Shown: positions 60,976 through 64,000 of the stretch, in pieces
Layout of the letters: each line of letters begins with the position of its first letter
How positions within the stretch are numbered: the first letter of the stretch is position 1
Assembly (NCBI GenBank): GCA_942492165.1
Contig: CALOEF010000070.1
Span: forward strand, 2,492-66,491
Direction: 5' to 3'
DNA length: 64,000 nt
Source of the DNA: an uncultured Planctomycetaceae bacterium
GTDB lineage: Bacteria > Planctomycetota > Planctomycetia > Planctomycetales > Planctomycetaceae
Translations under genes and position numbers: made by a program
The notes under the pieces: generated by a model
Database searches by the model: none
What the model saw: the letters and a program-made list of their open reading frames with translations, nothing else
What the model was told of the DNA's origin: nothing

Positions 60976-63639
60976 TCAGGATGTTTTATTTGTGTTTATT
61001 AGGTCAATCGCTATTTCCACTGTACTGTCAGACTCATCAATTATCCAATCGCCCAGAGTCTCCAAAGACCATTCATTGATGGCTTCAGTGGTTCCCATCA
61101 GCATCAAACCCTGAGAACGAGCGAGTGGTTCCAACTCCTCTGTTGACCAGCGTGGTCGAGTCAAGAGTTCATTTAAAAATAAATGGTATCTTTCATCCAG
61201 TCCCGTACAATCTATGTCTGATTCAGAGGATGTGCATACCTCAGTTTTCTCTTCTAAAGAAGAAGTCTGGTTGAGATTTAAAGGTACAGAATCGGCTTCA
61301 ACCTCTGTGATATTATTTTGATCAAACAATATTTCATCTTCTTCCTCGTCTTCGACCATCACGTTTTGCAGGAATTCTGCTACTTGTGAAGTTTCTGACA
61401 GGATCTCACGGATACGATCATGATTCAAAACGAGTTCCGCATCTGATGGGGAATCATTGTCTACACTGACTATACCTTCGGCGAGTTGATCAATTCGAGC
61501 CGGATCAAGGTTTAGATTTCGGAAGGCCTTTCGAAGTGCTTTGGATTCATCAGGAGTCACAATATCATCTGCTGAGGCAATCCCTACAAGGAGGTCACCG
61601 ACCATATTCCGTTGCTCTTCGGGAAGCTCCTGAAGTTTTTTGGCCAGGCGAGTATCGTCTGCAGGGTAGCGGGAGAGCAATAATGAAAGATGTTCCAGAC
61701 GAGTTGACTCCTGATGTGACAGTTCAAATTGTTGCTCAAGATGCACTGTGATCAATCTCAATTCCTCGTCATCAACATTCCCATCGGCTGCAGCGATAGA
61801 AATCCCAAGCCGCAGAAGAATCGATGCAGCATGATAAGATGCCAAGTTTTCGCTATTATCATAATCTCTGGGGAAAACGCTTACGAATTCATGCCAGCGA
61901 TAGTTCTGACCGGTTTCGCGGGAATCAGGCTCCAGACATAAATCCATGCAGTCTGCAGAATTCAAAATCTGGCTGCATTGTTTTTTAGTCAATTTTGCAC
62001 GTTCAGGAATTCCACGTGCAGTTGCCAATTTCGAAAGGGGGATTAATGCAATACCACCGCTGTCGTCAGTGTATTGATCGATGATCTGATACCAACTTTC
62101 AAAATCCGGATGGTCCTCATCACGAAGTTCAGCTGGTAATGCCTCATACATTTCTGCAGTCATAGACTGGTCAGAACCGGATTTCCTGTGAATTCGATCG
62201 AAAGTCTTTAAGTCAGCTATCACTTCGGACCATATGTGAATCAGTGGTTTGAACTGTGATGGAATGCCGAGCGTATTCGGAAGCATAGTTCTGTTGGGAG
62301 AGAAACGGCTATTGATACCTTTCAGAGATTCACTGGCCGAGCAATAGCTAAAGTTAAAATCCCGCTTCGCAGTTTTGAGTCTGAATCCATCCTTATACAT
62401 CTCGAGATAGCGGGAGAAAAACAGTTCACGAAACTTCTCCGGATGGCGTTTGAAGACCACACTTCGAGGTGAACGAGAATCATGTTCTGTTATAATGAGA
62501 GCTACATTTGGAGGTACAGGTAAGTTCTGCTTCTGATAAATAGACAGCAAAGCAGAAATGTTTTCTTCGTTCCAGTATTCAGTTGCATTGATAATCTGTT
62601 CAAGCAAGTTGTCAGATAGTTGTCTGGCTTCAGCAGCGCATAATGTGGCCATCCATAGCAGGCTTGAGCAGTAGCTTCGAAATGATCTGGAATATTTGTA
62701 AATCGGTAACAATTGGAGAAGTTCGCTGATGATAGCTTGGGAATCTTTATGGTCGAGAACGATTCGTCTTTCCAGTCCATAGAAATAGATAAACACATAA
62801 CCCAGTTCTACACTTGGATCACGCCGTCCGCTGGTAAGCCAGTTCAGATAGATATGCCGCTGCTGTGGCGAACATTGTCGGTAATTGGGCCAGTAAGGGA
62901 GTTCATTTGCACCTCTGCTTGATTTCGCCACTGGCAGACCTGTCTCTATTAAAGACGCATCATAAGGCTGCTTCAATGTTCCTGATACGAGATAGATTAA
63001 AGAACTGTCAAGTTGATGTCCATCAACGGTCGCGACTGAATCAGGTCCATAAAAAACCACATCATCTTCTGAAGCTCCGCGTATCCAGCGAGACACAATT
63101 TTGATATTGCTGCGTTGTGGAGGAGGCGAAGAGATAAGCGGATGTATTGTGGCTTGCGAAGGTGCTGAGTCTTGTGTTTGAAGTTCAAACAGATGGTCAA
63201 TGTCGACTGCAGATTCTTTGGCTATGCTGGATGAGTTCGATTCGGAAGTCGGCACTTGTTTGGTTGTCTGACTGGCTAGCGATTTTTGATGAGCTTCATG
63301 CTGCCAATGTTCAATTAGCGATGAGACGAAATCTCTTTTCCAGATCAGCACTGTTAAGCAGCCTAAAACCAATACTATTAATACTGTCTGGATCATTCCA
63401 ATCGCAAGGCTCATTATTCCGAAAAACAACAGAACAATTGGAATGGCGACAATTATTTTGAGCCAAACAGGAAAGTATTCGCCGTCAGTGTCTGGACCGG
63501 AGTTCAGTGCAGGGGCTTGTAGAGGGGTCTTGCATTTGGGACAACGGATTCTCCGACCTAGAAGAGACGATGCAACACGTAAATTGCGTTGGCAATTTAC
63601 GCATTTAAGAAAGATCATTTCCTTGTCTGTTTGTGACAT
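60976..63639 (-). CDS. sngA: TerB-N/TerB/TerB-C protein, Shango SngA, with N-terminal Zn-ribbon and TM helices
   Basis: LPYWPNY...YLNWL...GYVFIYFYGLERR (TerB-N), AAADGNVDDEE (TerB) and EAINEWSLE (TerB-C). Confidence 0.85.
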   Translation of the reverse strand: MSQTDKEMIFLKCVNCQRNLRVASSLLGRRIRCPKCKTPLQAPALNSGPDTDGEYFPVWLKIIVAIPIVLLFFGIMSLAIGMIQTVLIVLVLGCLTVLIWKRDFVSSLIEHWQHEAHQKSLASQTTKQVPTSESNSSSIAKESAVDIDHLFELQTQDSAPSQATIHPLISSPPPQRSNIKIVSRWIRGASEDDVVFYGPDSVATVDGHQLDSSLIYLVSGTLKQPYDASLIETGLPVAKSSRGANELPYWPNYRQCSPQQRHIYLNWLTSGRRDPSVELGYVFIYFYGLERRIVLDHKDSQAIISELLQLLPIYKYSRSFRSYCSSLLWMATLCAAEARQLSDNLLEQIINATEYWNEENISALLSIYQKQNLPVPPNVALIITEHDSRSPRSVVFKRHPEKFRELFFSRYLEMYKDGFRLKTAKRDFNFSYCSASESLKGINSRFSPNRTMLPNTLGIPSQFKPLIHIWSEVIADLKTFDRIHRKSGSDQSMTAEMYEALPAELRDEDHPDFESWYQIIDQYTDDSGGIALIPLSKLATARGIPERAKLTKKQCSQILNSADCMDLCLEPDSRETGQNYRWHEFVSVFPRDYDNSENLASYHAASILLRLGISIAAADGNVDDEELRLITVHLEQQFELSHQESTRLEHLSLLLSRYPADDTRLAKKLQELPEEQRNMVGDLLVGIASADDIVTPDESKALRKAFRNLNLDPARIDQLAEGIVSVDNDSPSDAELVLNHDRIREILSETSQVAEFLQNVMVEDEEEDEILFDQNNITEVEADSVPLNLNQTSSLEEKTEVCTSSESDIDCTGLDERYHLFLNELLTRPRWSTEELEPLARSQGLMLMGTTEAINEWSLETLGDWIIDESDSTVEIAIDLINTNKTS

Positions 63640-64000
63640 TGCAAATCCTGGGGCTCAAATATATGTGATATCCATTTAAAAGATCTTTCCTAAAGAATTT
63701 GTGCTCAAATGGGCATTGTAAGGTCCCTGTATTAGAGTGACAAGCATTTACCTATATGAGCATTAATAAGCTTCAAAAATAGTAACAAAGATTAGTGATA
63801 CCTTAGATATAGGTAGATTTGGAGTCCGGCTTTCGTTCCCCATTGCGATGGTTGCAAACTTAAATGTTCTAGTCACCATTTTCACGGATGAAGCGATGCC
63901 TTGTATACCAAAGTTCCCAATCGAAATTATCGAACTGGAGCTTGGGTAACTGCGGTGAGAGAGGTTCCCCTTGCCCGAAATACTAAATTTCACCGGTTTC

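Larger units (their letters stand above)
40346..64000. mobile_element. tRNA-Lys-targeting integrative element / defence island (right end outside the window)
   Basis: att fragment with adjacent integrase, AT-rich segments, and cargo of defence genes and mobile remnants. Confidence 0.7.

Noticed and set aside
259-63993. Numerous 60-170 aa ORFs antisense to or nested within long genes
   Set aside because: Shadow ORFs of real genes or products of frameshift errors; no independent RBS or motifs.
1-64000. CRISPR array or cas genes
   Set aside because: No regularly spaced 25-45 bp repeats and no Cas motifs seen.
63763-64000. 76-aa ORF at the right edge
   Set aside because: No RBS or motif, and truncated context.

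Overview
The window has two parts. Gene content suggests a Planctomycetes (Gimesia-like) chromosome; this is inference from the ECF/Ser-Thr kinase pair, DUF1257, sialidase-like paralogues and long HEAT/TPR proteins. Positions 1 to about 37 kb hold mostly housekeeping and accessory genes: Ser/Thr kinase and ECF sigma, LOG protein, STAS protein, HEAT protein, esterases, an ABC ATPase with a partial tandem duplicate, an MscK-like channel, a glycan-enzyme cluster, GGT, a GT-C/TPR protein and an OprB porin. From about 37 kb to 64 kb is mobile and defence DNA. It starts with an IS4 element with exact 13-bp TIRs and an 11-bp TSD, then a 44-bp tRNA-Lys(UUU) 3' att fragment next to a non-canonical tyrosine recombinase. 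This predicts an integrated element that runs past the right edge. Inside it are a DUF1156 methylase remnant with a nuclease-like gene, two DUF1257 copies, a probable group II intron 5' fragment, a KOW-RHH / DUF5131 / TcmP operon, a Wadjet jetABCD locus with two lesions, and an intact Shango-type sngABC locus. The best candidate for an uncharacterised system is the KOW-RHH/DUF5131/TcmP operon. Many genes, including core genes, are split by 1-bp indels in short homopolymers, so many apparent pseudogenes may be assembly errors. All family assignments come from motif recognition by eye; no searches were run.
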